A stretch of DNA of 64,000 nt, from positions 32,001-96,000 of the IMG/VR virus record IMGVR_UViG_3300011335_000900; one strand, written 5' to 3'. Origin of the DNA: a virus. How positions within the stretch are numbered: position 1 is the stretch's first letter; each line of letters opens with the position of its first letter. Under the pieces are notes generated by a model. It had not been told where the DNA came from. It saw only the letters and a program-made list of their open reading frames with translations, and did no database searches. Shown here in pieces: positions 1 through 9,040 of this stretch. The position numbers and the translations under genes were made by a program.

Positions 1-16
1 TAAATTTAGGAAAAAA

Positions 17-1351
17 ATGGCAACAAACAGAGCAATGCTTAAAGAAGCAATCGCTGACGCTAAAGCTGTAAAAGAAACAGCAATAGCAAACGCAAAAGCA
101 GCCCTAGAAGAAGCCTTCACACCTCAACTTAAGTCAATGTTATCAATGAAACTTCAAGAAATGGAATCCGATGAGGACGATCTTGAAGAAACATACATAT
201 CTGAAAAAAAAGATGAAGATCTTGAAGAAATGTATGGTAAAAAAGATGATAAAAACATGATGGAAGTTGATTTAGAAGAGCTTTTGGCTGAATTAGAAGA
301 GGAAGAAATGGAAGAAGGTCTTTACGAAGCTGAAGAAATGGAAGAAGAAACTGAAGAAACAGAAGAAACTGAAGAAGAAACAGAAGACGAAGCTGAACCA
401 ATCAACCTTGAAGACATGACAGATGAAGATCTAAAATCAATGATTGAAGATGTAATCGCGGACATGATTAAATCAGGTGAACTTGAAGCTGGTTCCGAAA
501 GTGAAGAAGATGAAATGGAAATGGAAATGGAACCTGAAGAAGTAGAAGTAGAAGACGAAGATGTAGATTTATCTGAATTGTTAAGAGAAATCGAAGGTTT
601 AGAAGAAGAATCAATGTTAGAAGGAAAAATTCCATCTAAAGAAGAATTAGAAGCTAAATTAGCTACTTTAACACCAGAAGAAGAAAAAATGTTATTTAAA
701 GCTATTCAAGATGTAAATGCTTCAACATTATCAGAAGAAGAAAACGGAGCAGAAAAAGAAATTGAAACTGTGAAACAAAAAGTAGCAAGAATTGCACAAA
801 CCGTTGGCTTAGGAGCTTCAACACTTGGAACAATTGCATTTATAGCTGGTGTCATTAATGATTCAGGAGCTGCTAAAGCTGCAAAAATGGCACAAACCAT
901 ACCTATGGATGCCCTAGCGGCAGCTGGAGGTGTAGGAATTCTTATGGGTTTAGCTACGGCAATGTATGGATATCTTAATAAAAAGATGGAAGAATCAATG
1001 TCTGAAGAACTTGAAGAAGCTTATTCTACTATTGAAACTTTAAAGTCTGAATTAAACGAGATCAATTTGTTAAACGCTAAATTGCTTTATACAAACAAAA
1101 TCTTCAAGTCTAAAACTTTAAACGAAAATCAAAAAGTAAAAGTGTTAAGTTCTTTTGACAAAGCTAAAAACGTAGGCGAAGTAAAAATGGTATTTGAAAC
1201 ATTAAATGAGGGAATCAAAGTTTCAAAAAATACTATTAACGAAAACCTAGGTAGAGCTTCAAAAGGAACAATGGCACCTAACGTTAAAAAACCAATCGTA
1301 GAGTCAAACGAGGCATTTTTAAGAATGCAAAAATTGGCTGGAATTATTTAA
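17..1351 (+). CDS. Prohead core/scaffold protein (T4 gp22-like) with internal hydrophobic insert
   Basis: Very acidic coiled-coil protein directly upstream of the major capsid gene; many (L/I/M)xE putative protease sites; C-terminal RMQKLAGII. Confidence 0.75.
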   Translation: MATNRAMLKEAIADAKAVKETAIANAKAALEEAFTPQLKSMLSMKLQEMESDEDDLEETYISEKKDEDLEEMYGKKDDKNMMEVDLEELLAELEEEEMEEGLYEAEEMEEETEETEETEEETEDEAEPINLEDMTDEDLKSMIEDVIADMIKSGELEAGSESEEDEMEMEMEPEEVEVEDEDVDLSELLREIEGLEEESMLEGKIPSKEELEAKLATLTPEEEKMLFKAIQDVNASTLSEEENGAEKEIETVKQKVARIAQTVGLGASTLGTIAFIAGVINDSGAAKAAKMAQTIPMDALAAAGGVGILMGLATAMYGYLNKKMEESMSEELEEAYSTIETLKSELNEINLLNAKLLYTNKIFKSKTLNENQKVKVLSSFDKAKNVGEVKMVFETLNEGIKVSKNTINENLGRASKGTMAPNVKKPIVESNEAFLRMQKLAGII

Positions 1352-1380
1352 ATTATAAATTAAAAACAAAAAACAAAACA

Positions 1381-3129
1381 ATGTCAACAATTAATTCATT
1401 ACTCGAAAGTTCTGCTTCCGGATGGAAAAACATGCAGAACGATGCCGCTAGAATGGCATCAAAATGGGGTAAAACAGGTCTCTTAGAGGGACTTGGTAGC
1501 GAAGTTAACAAAAATAACATGGCTATGATCCTCGAAAACCAAGCAAAACAGTTAGTAACTGAGCAATCATCAACAGGTGGAGCAGGTACTCAAGGCGGTT
1601 TTACAGCTGGTCAAGGTGAACAATGGGCTGGTGTAGCGCTTCCATTGGTACGTAAAGTATTTGGTTCTTTATCAACTAAAGAATTCATGTCTGTACAACC
1701 AATGAATCTACCTTCAGGTCTTGTATTCTTTTTAGATTTTCAATATGGAGATGCAGGAGGAGCAAATGGTAAAGCAGCACCAACAGGTCCTTTTGGCCCT
1801 ACTGGAAATACTTATGCTGCCGCTTCATCTATGTACGGTGAAACTAACCCAGCAAATGGAGGAGATCCTACAAACGGTTTATATGGTGCAGGTCGATTTG
1901 CATATTCAATAAACCAATTCTCTGCATCTTTGCAAGTATCTCGTTCAGCTGCTCTTTGGAGTGACGTTGATTATGATACTACATTATCTGCATCAATTGC
2001 TGCTGGTAATGTTTATTCAAAAGTAACTTATTTTGTAGGTACTGGTACAAACGCTACACGCCCTGACTTTAAAGGTGTTCGTGCATTCGTTCCTGGTTCT
2101 GGATCAACAACAGCTCCAATAACTGAGACTTATACTCGTTTATTACCTCAGTACACTGCTACTAATGGTACTTCAACTATTACCTTTATTTTCTCTGGTT
2201 CCGCAACAGGAGCATATGATGCTGCTACAGGTATTCCAGCTACAGGATCAGTAGTAACTGCAAATACTTTATTCTACAATGTACAACCAACAGATAACAC
2301 TCGTGGTGACTTTGAAGATAAATCAGGAGCAGGATATGCAAATGCTGAATCTACAGCAGCAGATAACTTAGCTATTCCAGAAATCAATATCCAAATGAAA
2401 TCTGAAGCTATTGTTGCTAAAACTCGTAAGTTAAAAGCACAATGGACACCAGAATTTGCACAGGATTTGAACGCATACCAATCATTGGATGCTGAAGCTG
2501 AATTAACATCAATTATGTCTGAATATATTGCTCTAGAAATAGATCTTGAAAACTTAGATATGTTGATCCAAGATGCTTCTGCTGCAGATGAGTACTGGTC
2601 AGCTAAAAATAATAATAGCCTAAATGCTGCAAAAACAGCTTGGGATACTACAGCTAACTTTTACAACACACAAGGTGCATGGTTCCAAACTTTAGGTACT
2701 AAGTTTCAAAAAGTATCTAATAAGATTCACCAAAAGACTCTTAGAGGTGGTGCTAATTTCTTAGTATGTTCTCCAGCAGTAGCAACTATCATTGAATCAA
2801 TCCCAGGATTTGCTTCATCTTCAGATGGTGATGTTACTAAAGGTTCATATGCTTTTGGTATCCAAAAAGCAGGTCAATTTAACAGCCGTTACACAGTTTA
2901 CAAAAACCCTTACATGACAGAAAACGTTATTTTGATGGGTTATAGAGGAGCTCAATTCCTTGAAACTGGTGCTGTATTTGCTCCATATGTACCGTTAATC
3001 ATGACACCTCTTGTGTACGATCCAGTAACATTTACTCCACGTAAAGGTTTATTGACTCGTTACGCTAAGAAAATGATCCGTCCGGAATTCTTCGGTCGTG
3101 TATTTGTTAATGATTTAGCTGCAGTTTAA
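1381..3129 (+). CDS. Major capsid protein (T4 gp23-like)
   Basis: Motifs VQPMNLPSGLVFFLDF, AKTRKLKAQWTPEFAQDLNAY, APYVPL, FTPRKGLLTRY typical of the gp23 family. Confidence 0.95.
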   Translation: MSTINSLLESSASGWKNMQNDAARMASKWGKTGLLEGLGSEVNKNNMAMILENQAKQLVTEQSSTGGAGTQGGFTAGQGEQWAGVALPLVRKVFGSLSTKEFMSVQPMNLPSGLVFFLDFQYGDAGGANGKAAPTGPFGPTGNTYAAASSMYGETNPANGGDPTNGLYGAGRFAYSINQFSASLQVSRSAALWSDVDYDTTLSASIAAGNVYSKVTYFVGTGTNATRPDFKGVRAFVPGSGSTTAPITETYTRLLPQYTATNGTSTITFIFSGSATGAYDAATGIPATGSVVTANTLFYNVQPTDNTRGDFEDKSGAGYANAESTAADNLAIPEINIQMKSEAIVAKTRKLKAQWTPEFAQDLNAYQSLDAEAELTSIMSEYIALEIDLENLDMLIQDASAADEYWSAKNNNSLNAAKTAWDTTANFYNTQGAWFQTLGTKFQKVSNKIHQKTLRGGANFLVCSPAVATIIESIPGFASSSDGDVTKGSYAFGIQKAGQFNSRYTVYKNPYMTENVILMGYRGAQFLETGAVFAPYVPLIMTPLVYDPVTFTPRKGLLTRYAKKMIRPEFFGRVFVNDLAAV

Positions 3130-3152
3130 TAGCAAATAAACAAGTAATAAAG

Positions 3153-3177
3153 AGCCGAACGAAAGTTCGGCTTTTTT
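3153..3177 (+). terminator. Rho-independent terminator after the major capsid gene
   Basis: agccgaac-GAAA-gttcggct stem-loop followed by a T run. Confidence 0.85.
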
Positions 3178-3189
3178 AGTTTTTTATTA

Positions 3190-3198
3190 ATATTTATC
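3190..3198 (+). promoter_or_regulatory. Putative late promoter motif ATAT(T/G)TAT(A), first of about 19 copies
   Basis: Also at 3936, 7360, 8519, 8686, 9012, 10826, 12586, 13216, 13612, 14689, 16959, 25418, 26160, 35802, 40235, 43423, 53826, 55787, each shortly upstream of a start codon, mostly of virion, lysis or endonuclease genes. Confidence 0.75.
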
Positions 3199-3213
3199 AA
3201 CAAATATAGTTAT

Positions 3214-3912
3214 ATGAATGATTTTAACCGAACTCCGGAAGCAAAAAAGGTTTTTCAAGAAAAAAGAAAACCAAAAGGTCCAATTAAATTTAATATCCAA
3301 TTAAACGAAGAGCAAAAACGTGCTAAAGAACAAATTCTTTATAACACTGTAACTGTTTTAAAAGGTAAAGCTGGATCTGGTAAATCGCTATTAGCAGCAA
3401 ATATTGCTTTAGATTTACTTTTTAGTAGAGAAATTGAAAAAATAATCATTACTCGCCCAACAGTAGTAGCAGGACAAGATATTGGCTTCTTACCAGGAGA
3501 TGTAAACGAAAAATTAGCTCCATTTACTGCTCCTGTATATGAAAATATGCATCGCCTATACAATAAAGAAAAAATTGAAAAATGTATAGCGGATGGTGAA
3601 ATTGAAATTGTTCCTGTATCGTTTATGCGTGGTAGAAACTTTACTAATTGTTTAGTTGTAATTGATGAAGCTCAAAACTTAACAGATACACAAATGGAAC
3701 TTTTGCTAACTCGTATATGTCATGGTTCAAAAATGGTATTTTGTGGTGATGGTGCCCAAATTGACTTAAAAGATCGTAAATCTTCTGGATTTGATGTTGT
3801 ATGTAAACATATGAAAGATGTACCTGGATTTGAGGTAATTACCTTAGAAAAAAACCATAGACACGAAATTGTAGAATATATTTTAGACATATATAAAAAT
3901 CTTAGAGCATAG
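3214..3912 (+). CDS. phoH: PhoH family ATPase
   Basis: GKAGSGKS Walker A, IGFLPG, FMRGRNF, DEAQN, GDGAQIDL, HRH motifs. Confidence 0.93.
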   Translation: MNDFNRTPEAKKVFQEKRKPKGPIKFNIQLNEEQKRAKEQILYNTVTVLKGKAGSGKSLLAANIALDLLFSREIEKIIITRPTVVAGQDIGFLPGDVNEKLAPFTAPVYENMHRLYNKEKIEKCIADGEIEIVPVSFMRGRNFTNCLVVIDEAQNLTDTQMELLLTRICHGSKMVFCGDGAQIDLKDRKSSGFDVVCKHMKDVPGFEVITLEKNHRHEIVEYILDIYKNLRA

Positions 3913-3957
3913 GATTAAGATTAAAGTTTTTGTCAATATTTATAACAAAAATATCAA

Positions 3958-4404
3958 ATGTCAACTACTTTAACACCATCAACATTTAGAGTAACTATCT
4001 CAGAGGAGCAAATAGTTAAAAATAAAACTATTCAAAACGATAGTGTATATTCTATCTCTAATGTAACTAATGTTGATAGAAGAATATTAACATGCCCTCA
4101 AACAACATCAATTAATTTATTTAATTTAAATGGCCCTAACCCAGGAGCGGGTACATTTCCCTCAAGTAGTTTAAAATATGCTCGTATTACAAATTTAGAT
4201 AATACAAATAATATTGCTTTAACAATAAGTGGTTCTACAACTTCATTTACTCAAGAGGTATTACCTCAATCAAGTATATTTGTTATAAGCTCAAATGTTA
4301 CCTCAAGTAAATTTAATGGTACTTTTGGAGACGATATTAATTTTATCCAAGCATACGCTATAAGCGGCAGCATTGATATAGAATATACACTAGTAAACTC
4401 TTAA
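3958..4404 (+). CDS. Hypothetical virion protein (beta-rich)
   Basis: Late-promoter motif upstream; S/T/N-rich; lies in the head-neck region. Confidence 0.5.
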   Translation: MSTTLTPSTFRVTISEEQIVKNKTIQNDSVYSISNVTNVDRRILTCPQTTSINLFNLNGPNPGAGTFPSSSLKYARITNLDNTNNIALTISGSTTSFTQEVLPQSSIFVISSNVTSSKFNGTFGDDINFIQAYAISGSIDIEYTLVNS

Positions 4405-4408
4405 AAAC

Positions 4409-5560
4409 ATGGCAAATATTCCCATATGGAGCGGAAGCTCTACATTTACCCCAGGAGAAACACCATTTGGTTTTTATGATAACGATCTACAATTCCAAGT
4501 AGATATTGATAAATTTGCTGTATTTGCTTCTCGTCGATTAGGATATCCAATAGTTGAAATTGAATTACAAGACTTAAATTTTTATGCTGCATTTGAAGAA
4601 GCAATTACTACATACGGAAACGAAATATATGCTTATCAAGTAGCTGAAAATTTATTAACTTTACAAGGAGCACCAACAAATGTAGCACCTGGTAATAATG
4701 AATTAGTTCAAGAAAATTTATCTAATGTTATTTTACTTTCAAACCAATATGGAACAGAAGCTGGAGTTGGAGGAACAGTATCTTGGTATACAGGATCACT
4801 TACATTAACTCCTGGAGTACAAAATTATGATATGAAATCTTGGGCAACGTCCCAAAATATTCAAGGTGGTATTGAAATTAAACGCATATTTTACGAAAAT
4901 ACACCAGCTATTACTAGATATTTTGACCCGTATGCGGGTGCAGGAGCTGGAATGATGAGCATGATGGATAGTATGGGATTTGGAGGATATTCTCCTGCAA
5001 TGAACTTTATGTTAATGCCTTTAAGTTACGATATGCAAAAATTTCAAATGATTGAATTTAATGATCAAATCAGAAAATCTCAATATTCATTTGAATTAGT
5101 AAACAATATGTTAAGAATATTTCCTATTCCAAATGGAGGTGTAGATACATTACGATTTGAATATATTTTATTATCGGATCGAAATCAACCTTATGTTGAA
5201 CGAAACGGTCAAAGCATAATTACCAACGCCTCTAATGTACCATATACTAACCCAACATATACTACGATAAACTCGATTGGTCGTCAATGGGTATTTGAAT
5301 ATGGACTAGCAATAGTTAAAGAAATTTTAGGATATGTAAGAGGTAAATACTCAACCGTACCAATCCCAGGATCTGAAGTAACCTTAAATCAAGGAGATTT
5401 AATTTCTGCAGCAACAACCGAAAAACAAGCATTAATTGAACGTTTAAGAGCATATTTAGACACAACATCACGTAAAGTTTTACTTGAAAACAAGTCACTT
5501 GAAGCAGAATTTCAGAATAAAACTATAGCACAAGTACCAATGACCATTTTTATAGGATAG
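4409..5560 (+). CDS. Neck/head-tail adaptor protein (gp13-like)
   Basis: RRLGYPIVEIEL near the N-terminus and KEILGYVRGKY...VTLN near the C-terminus; position after capsid genes. Confidence 0.75.
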   Translation: MANIPIWSGSSTFTPGETPFGFYDNDLQFQVDIDKFAVFASRRLGYPIVEIELQDLNFYAAFEEAITTYGNEIYAYQVAENLLTLQGAPTNVAPGNNELVQENLSNVILLSNQYGTEAGVGGTVSWYTGSLTLTPGVQNYDMKSWATSQNIQGGIEIKRIFYENTPAITRYFDPYAGAGAGMMSMMDSMGFGGYSPAMNFMLMPLSYDMQKFQMIEFNDQIRKSQYSFELVNNMLRIFPIPNGGVDTLRFEYILLSDRNQPYVERNGQSIITNASNVPYTNPTYTTINSIGRQWVFEYGLAIVKEILGYVRGKYSTVPIPGSEVTLNQGDLISAATTEKQALIERLRAYLDTTSRKVLLENKSLEAEFQNKTIAQVPMTIFIG

Positions 5561-5561
5561 T

Positions 5562-6071
5562 ATGGCTCTTTACGGCACATCTCGAGACGTTTCATTATTT
5601 AGGCACATTAACCGTGAGTTGTTACATGATATCATCACTCAACAATGCGTGTATTACCAATTTAAAACAGCAGAAACTAAAGTAAACATTTATGGTGAAT
5701 CTGCAGGTTCAAAATATTATACAGAACCTGTTATTTTAAACATGCTTGTTGATAGAGGTGATAATACTTCCCCTACAGGAGACATGGGTGTAGATTACGA
5801 TCGTCCAATGACATTTAAATTCTTTAGAGATGATTTAGTTGATGCTAATTTAATCCCTGATGTAGGTGACATAATAATGTGGTACGAAGGGTACTGGGAA
5901 GTTGAAAATACAAATGCTAATCAATTATTTGTAGGCAAAGATCCAGCATACCCATATGATGTTAATCCTTTAAACCCAGGATTAGAAAATTTTGGTACTA
6001 ACTTATCAATAATGTGTGTATGTCATTATGTTCCTGCAGATAAAGTAGGTATAACTAAAGAAAGGATATAA
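5562..6071 (+). CDS. Head closure/neck protein (gp14-like)
   Basis: NIYGES and PDVGDIIMW..YWEV motifs; synteny. Confidence 0.65.
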   Translation: MALYGTSRDVSLFRHINRELLHDIITQQCVYYQFKTAETKVNIYGESAGSKYYTEPVILNMLVDRGDNTSPTGDMGVDYDRPMTFKFFRDDLVDANLIPDVGDIIMWYEGYWEVENTNANQLFVGKDPAYPYDVNPLNPGLENFGTNLSIMCVCHYVPADKVGITKERI

Positions 6072-6075
6072 AATT

Positions 6076-7353
6076 ATGCCATCAATTAGAAAACCACAAC
6101 CAAAATCTCAAAAAGAGATATCAAATGGTTTAGTAGATCCTTATGTCTCTCCGGAAACAGGCCAATCTTTAGGCAACCCAAATACTCAAACAGAATTTAA
6201 TCAATTTTCTGCAAATGATCAAAATGGAGTTGATTTTAATAGATCTAATCAAATGTCATTTAAAGGTGACACAACAAAACCATTTACTTTAGGTTTACAG
6301 GATATAGATGAGTCAATAATGTATTATTTTCAAAATGTTATTAGACCTACAGTTTTACAAAATGGAGTAAAAATACCGGTACCTATTATATATGGTTCTC
6401 CTGAAAGATGGAAATCTACTCAAAAAGATGGATACTATAAAGATAAAAATGGTGCAATTATGTCTCCTTTAATTATGTTTAAACGAGATACAATTGATAA
6501 AAACCGTTCTCTTACAAATAAATTAGATGCTAATACACCCCATTTATATACATCTTTTAAAAAAACATATAATTTAAAAAATGATTATTCAAATTTTAAC
6601 ATATTAAATAATAGAATCCCAACTGAACAATTTATAGTAAATGTAGTACCTGATTATGTAACTTTAACATATAGTTGTACTATTCAAACATACTATGTTG
6701 AACAGCTAAATAAAATAATTGAGGCCGTTAACTATGCCTCCGATTCATATTGGGGAGATCCAGAACGTTTTAAATTTAAAGCATCTATTGATTCATATGC
6801 AACCACTGTAGAAATTACAGATAATACAAATAGAATTGTAAAAGGAACATTTACTATTAAATTATTTGGTTATGTAGTACCTGACACAATTCAAAAAGAA
6901 TTGACAGCAATTAAAAAATATAATAGTAAATCTCAAGTTATTATTGGTTTAGAAACAGTTAATGGAGTATCTGAATTTGTTTCTTCTGGAAAGAAAAAAT
7001 CTGCAACCTCGTTCCCACTTACTCCTTCTAGTGGTGGTGGTGGAGGTGGCGGAGGAACTATTAATCCTGCTACTTTAACGTATTTAAATACTAATATACA
7101 AAAATTAGGAACATTAGTTAATTCAACTACAATAACATTTGCTAGTGATTGGATTCCTTCTCCTGTAGGCCTCCCAGCAACCTCTATTAATAATTTTTCT
7201 ATATTCTGTAATGGTACTTTAATTGAAAATACTGCTATAGTTTCCTTTACTGAAAGTGGAGGTATAACAACATTAGTAATTAATCCATCATTATTAGAAT
7301 ATAGTTTTAATTCAAATGATGAAGTTATAGCAATTGGAAAATTTAGTAGTTAA
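6076..7353 (+). CDS. Tail terminator/sheath stabiliser (gp15-like) with extra C-terminal domain
   Basis: VPIIYGSPERW motif; poly-Gly linker before the C-terminal domain; synteny. Confidence 0.7.
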   Translation: MPSIRKPQPKSQKEISNGLVDPYVSPETGQSLGNPNTQTEFNQFSANDQNGVDFNRSNQMSFKGDTTKPFTLGLQDIDESIMYYFQNVIRPTVLQNGVKIPVPIIYGSPERWKSTQKDGYYKDKNGAIMSPLIMFKRDTIDKNRSLTNKLDANTPHLYTSFKKTYNLKNDYSNFNILNNRIPTEQFIVNVVPDYVTLTYSCTIQTYYVEQLNKIIEAVNYASDSYWGDPERFKFKASIDSYATTVEITDNTNRIVKGTFTIKLFGYVVPDTIQKELTAIKKYNSKSQVIIGLETVNGVSEFVSSGKKKSATSFPLTPSSGGGGGGGGTINPATLTYLNTNIQKLGTLVNSTTITFASDWIPSPVGLPATSINNFSIFCNGTLIENTAIVSFTESGGITTLVINPSLLEYSFNSNDEVIAIGKFSS

Positions 7354-8538
7354 CGTTTAATATTTATGATAAAATGGCATTAATTAAACCGGAACAGTTA
7401 AGATCAGGTTCATATAATATAACAGGATCATTATTTGGAACTGCTTCATATGCAACACAAGCATTAACTGCTTCATTTTCTCAAAATGCTCAAACTTCTT
7501 CATTTACTTTAAGTTCAAGCTTTGCTACAAATGGATTCCCTTTTACAGGAAACGCAATTATAACAGGCTCCCTAGGTGTAACAGGTTCAATTTCTACATC
7601 CGGTTCAAACGGTACCATCAATGGTTTATTTGTAAGCAGAGGTAATGGAAACGTTTCTACAAATATCTCAATTGGTTCAACAACAAACTTTAGCTCCTCT
7701 GCAACAGGCACACATAATTTTGCAGCAGGAAGTGGATCTTTAAGCAAAAATACAACAGGAAACACTAATACAGCAATAGGATATAGAGCTTTATCCCAAA
7801 ATACAACAGGAAATCTCAATACAGCAATAGGATGTAATGCTTTGCTATCTAATACAATAGGAGGATTTAACACAGCAATAGGATATGCTGCTTTACGCAA
7901 TAATACAACAGGAACTAACAATACCGCAATAGGATGTAGAGCTTTATGTTCTAATTGTACAGGGTGTCACAACTCATCAATAGGAGCTTGTACTTTACTT
8001 AATAATACAACAGGATGCCACAATACAGCAATAGGAAATTGTGCTTTAATTTGCAATACAACAGGACCCAACAACACAGCAATAGGACTTAGTGCTTTAG
8101 GTAATAATACAACAGGATGCCACAATATTGCAATAGGTCAGAATACTTTAGTAAATTCTCTAACAGGATCTAATAATATAGCATTTGGTCAAAATGCAGG
8201 ATGTTCATTTTTTGGAAGTTCCTTAAACAATATAGTAATTGGAAATGGAGCAGGTCCTTTAACATTAACAGATGAAAGCAACAAATTATATATTGCTTCG
8301 GGTTCCGGCACACCATTAATAAAAGGTGACTTTACTTGCAAAGGAGTATCTATAAATTCATTTTTAAATCTTTTAGGATCAGATCCACTCCCAACATCAG
8401 GTGAATTTAGTTGTGATGGTACCATAGCATTTTCTTCAAGTGGGAACTTTTTCTTTAGAAGTGCAAGTGCATGGTCTAAATTAAATCTATAATTGTAATA
8501 AAATATATTTAACGTTTAATATTTATAATAAAATGGCA
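7350..8538. repeat. 30-bp direct repeat (7350-7379 and 8509-8538) flanking a fibre gene
   Basis: ttaacgtttaatatttat(g/a)ataaaatggca, one mismatch; contains the late promoter and the ATG. Confidence 0.85.
7374..8492 (+). CDS. Fibre/adhesin-like protein with 17-aa NTTGxxNTAIGxxALxx beta-solenoid repeats
   Basis: About 9 tandem repeats; module shared at DNA level with 44335..47601. Confidence 0.75.
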   Translation: MALIKPEQLRSGSYNITGSLFGTASYATQALTASFSQNAQTSSFTLSSSFATNGFPFTGNAIITGSLGVTGSISTSGSNGTINGLFVSRGNGNVSTNISIGSTTNFSSSATGTHNFAAGSGSLSKNTTGNTNTAIGYRALSQNTTGNLNTAIGCNALLSNTIGGFNTAIGYAALRNNTTGTNNTAIGCRALCSNCTGCHNSSIGACTLLNNTTGCHNTAIGNCALICNTTGPNNTAIGLSALGNNTTGCHNIAIGQNTLVNSLTGSNNIAFGQNAGCSFFGSSLNNIVIGNGAGPLTLTDESNKLYIASGSGTPLIKGDFTCKGVSINSFLNLLGSDPLPTSGEFSCDGTIAFSSSGNFFFRSASAWSKLNL

Positions 8539-8679
8539 GCAAAAGCAAAATCACAAGCAACAATTTCATTTGTAAGAAAACCTAAAGTAAAAAGACCAGG
8601 CGTTCATGCTAAAACAAAATATAGCAAAAGTAAAAGTAGTAAAAACTATGTTAAACCATATGTGGCTCAAGGAAAATAA
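8533..8679 (+). CDS. Small basic protein (48 aa), not in the ORF track
   Basis: MAAKAKSQATISFVRKPKVKRPGVHAKTKYSKSKSSKNYVKPYVAQGK*, directly behind a late promoter motif. Confidence 0.7.
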   Translation: MAAKAKSQATISFVRKPKVKRPGVHAKTKYSKSKSSKNYVKPYVAQGK

Positions 8680-8720
8680 ATTTATATATTTATTAACATA
8701 ACGTTATAAATAAAAAAATT

Positions 8721-8993
8721 ATGCCAATTATCCAAGAAGTTACAGAAAAAAAATTTTTAACAGAAGAAGAAAAAACTACATTAAAAGACTTACAAACCAA
8801 AACAGAATCTATAGTAGTAGAGTTAGGTGAAATATCACTAATTAAAATTCAGATTGAAAACAGATATGAAACTGCAAAATCATACCTAACAGAGATATCA
8901 AATCAAGAAAAAGAATTTACAAAATCTTTATTTGATAAATATGGAAAGTTTAATCTAGACCCAGAAACAGGCGAAATTATTAAATCAAATTAA
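8721..8993 (+). CDS. Small coiled-coil hypothetical protein
   Basis: Late promoter and A-rich leader; heptad pattern. Confidence 0.6.
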   Translation: MPIIQEVTEKKFLTEEEKTTLKDLQTKTESIVVELGEISLIKIQIENRYETAKSYLTEISNQEKEFTKSLFDKYGKFNLDPETGEIIKSN

Positions 8994-9040
8994 TATATTC
9001 AAATTTTTGCCATATTTATAATAAAAATAATTTATAACAA

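Noticed and set aside
3214-3912. phoH beside the capsid gene as a novelty
   Set aside because: phoH is common in large aquatic phages; nothing unusual beyond a late promoter
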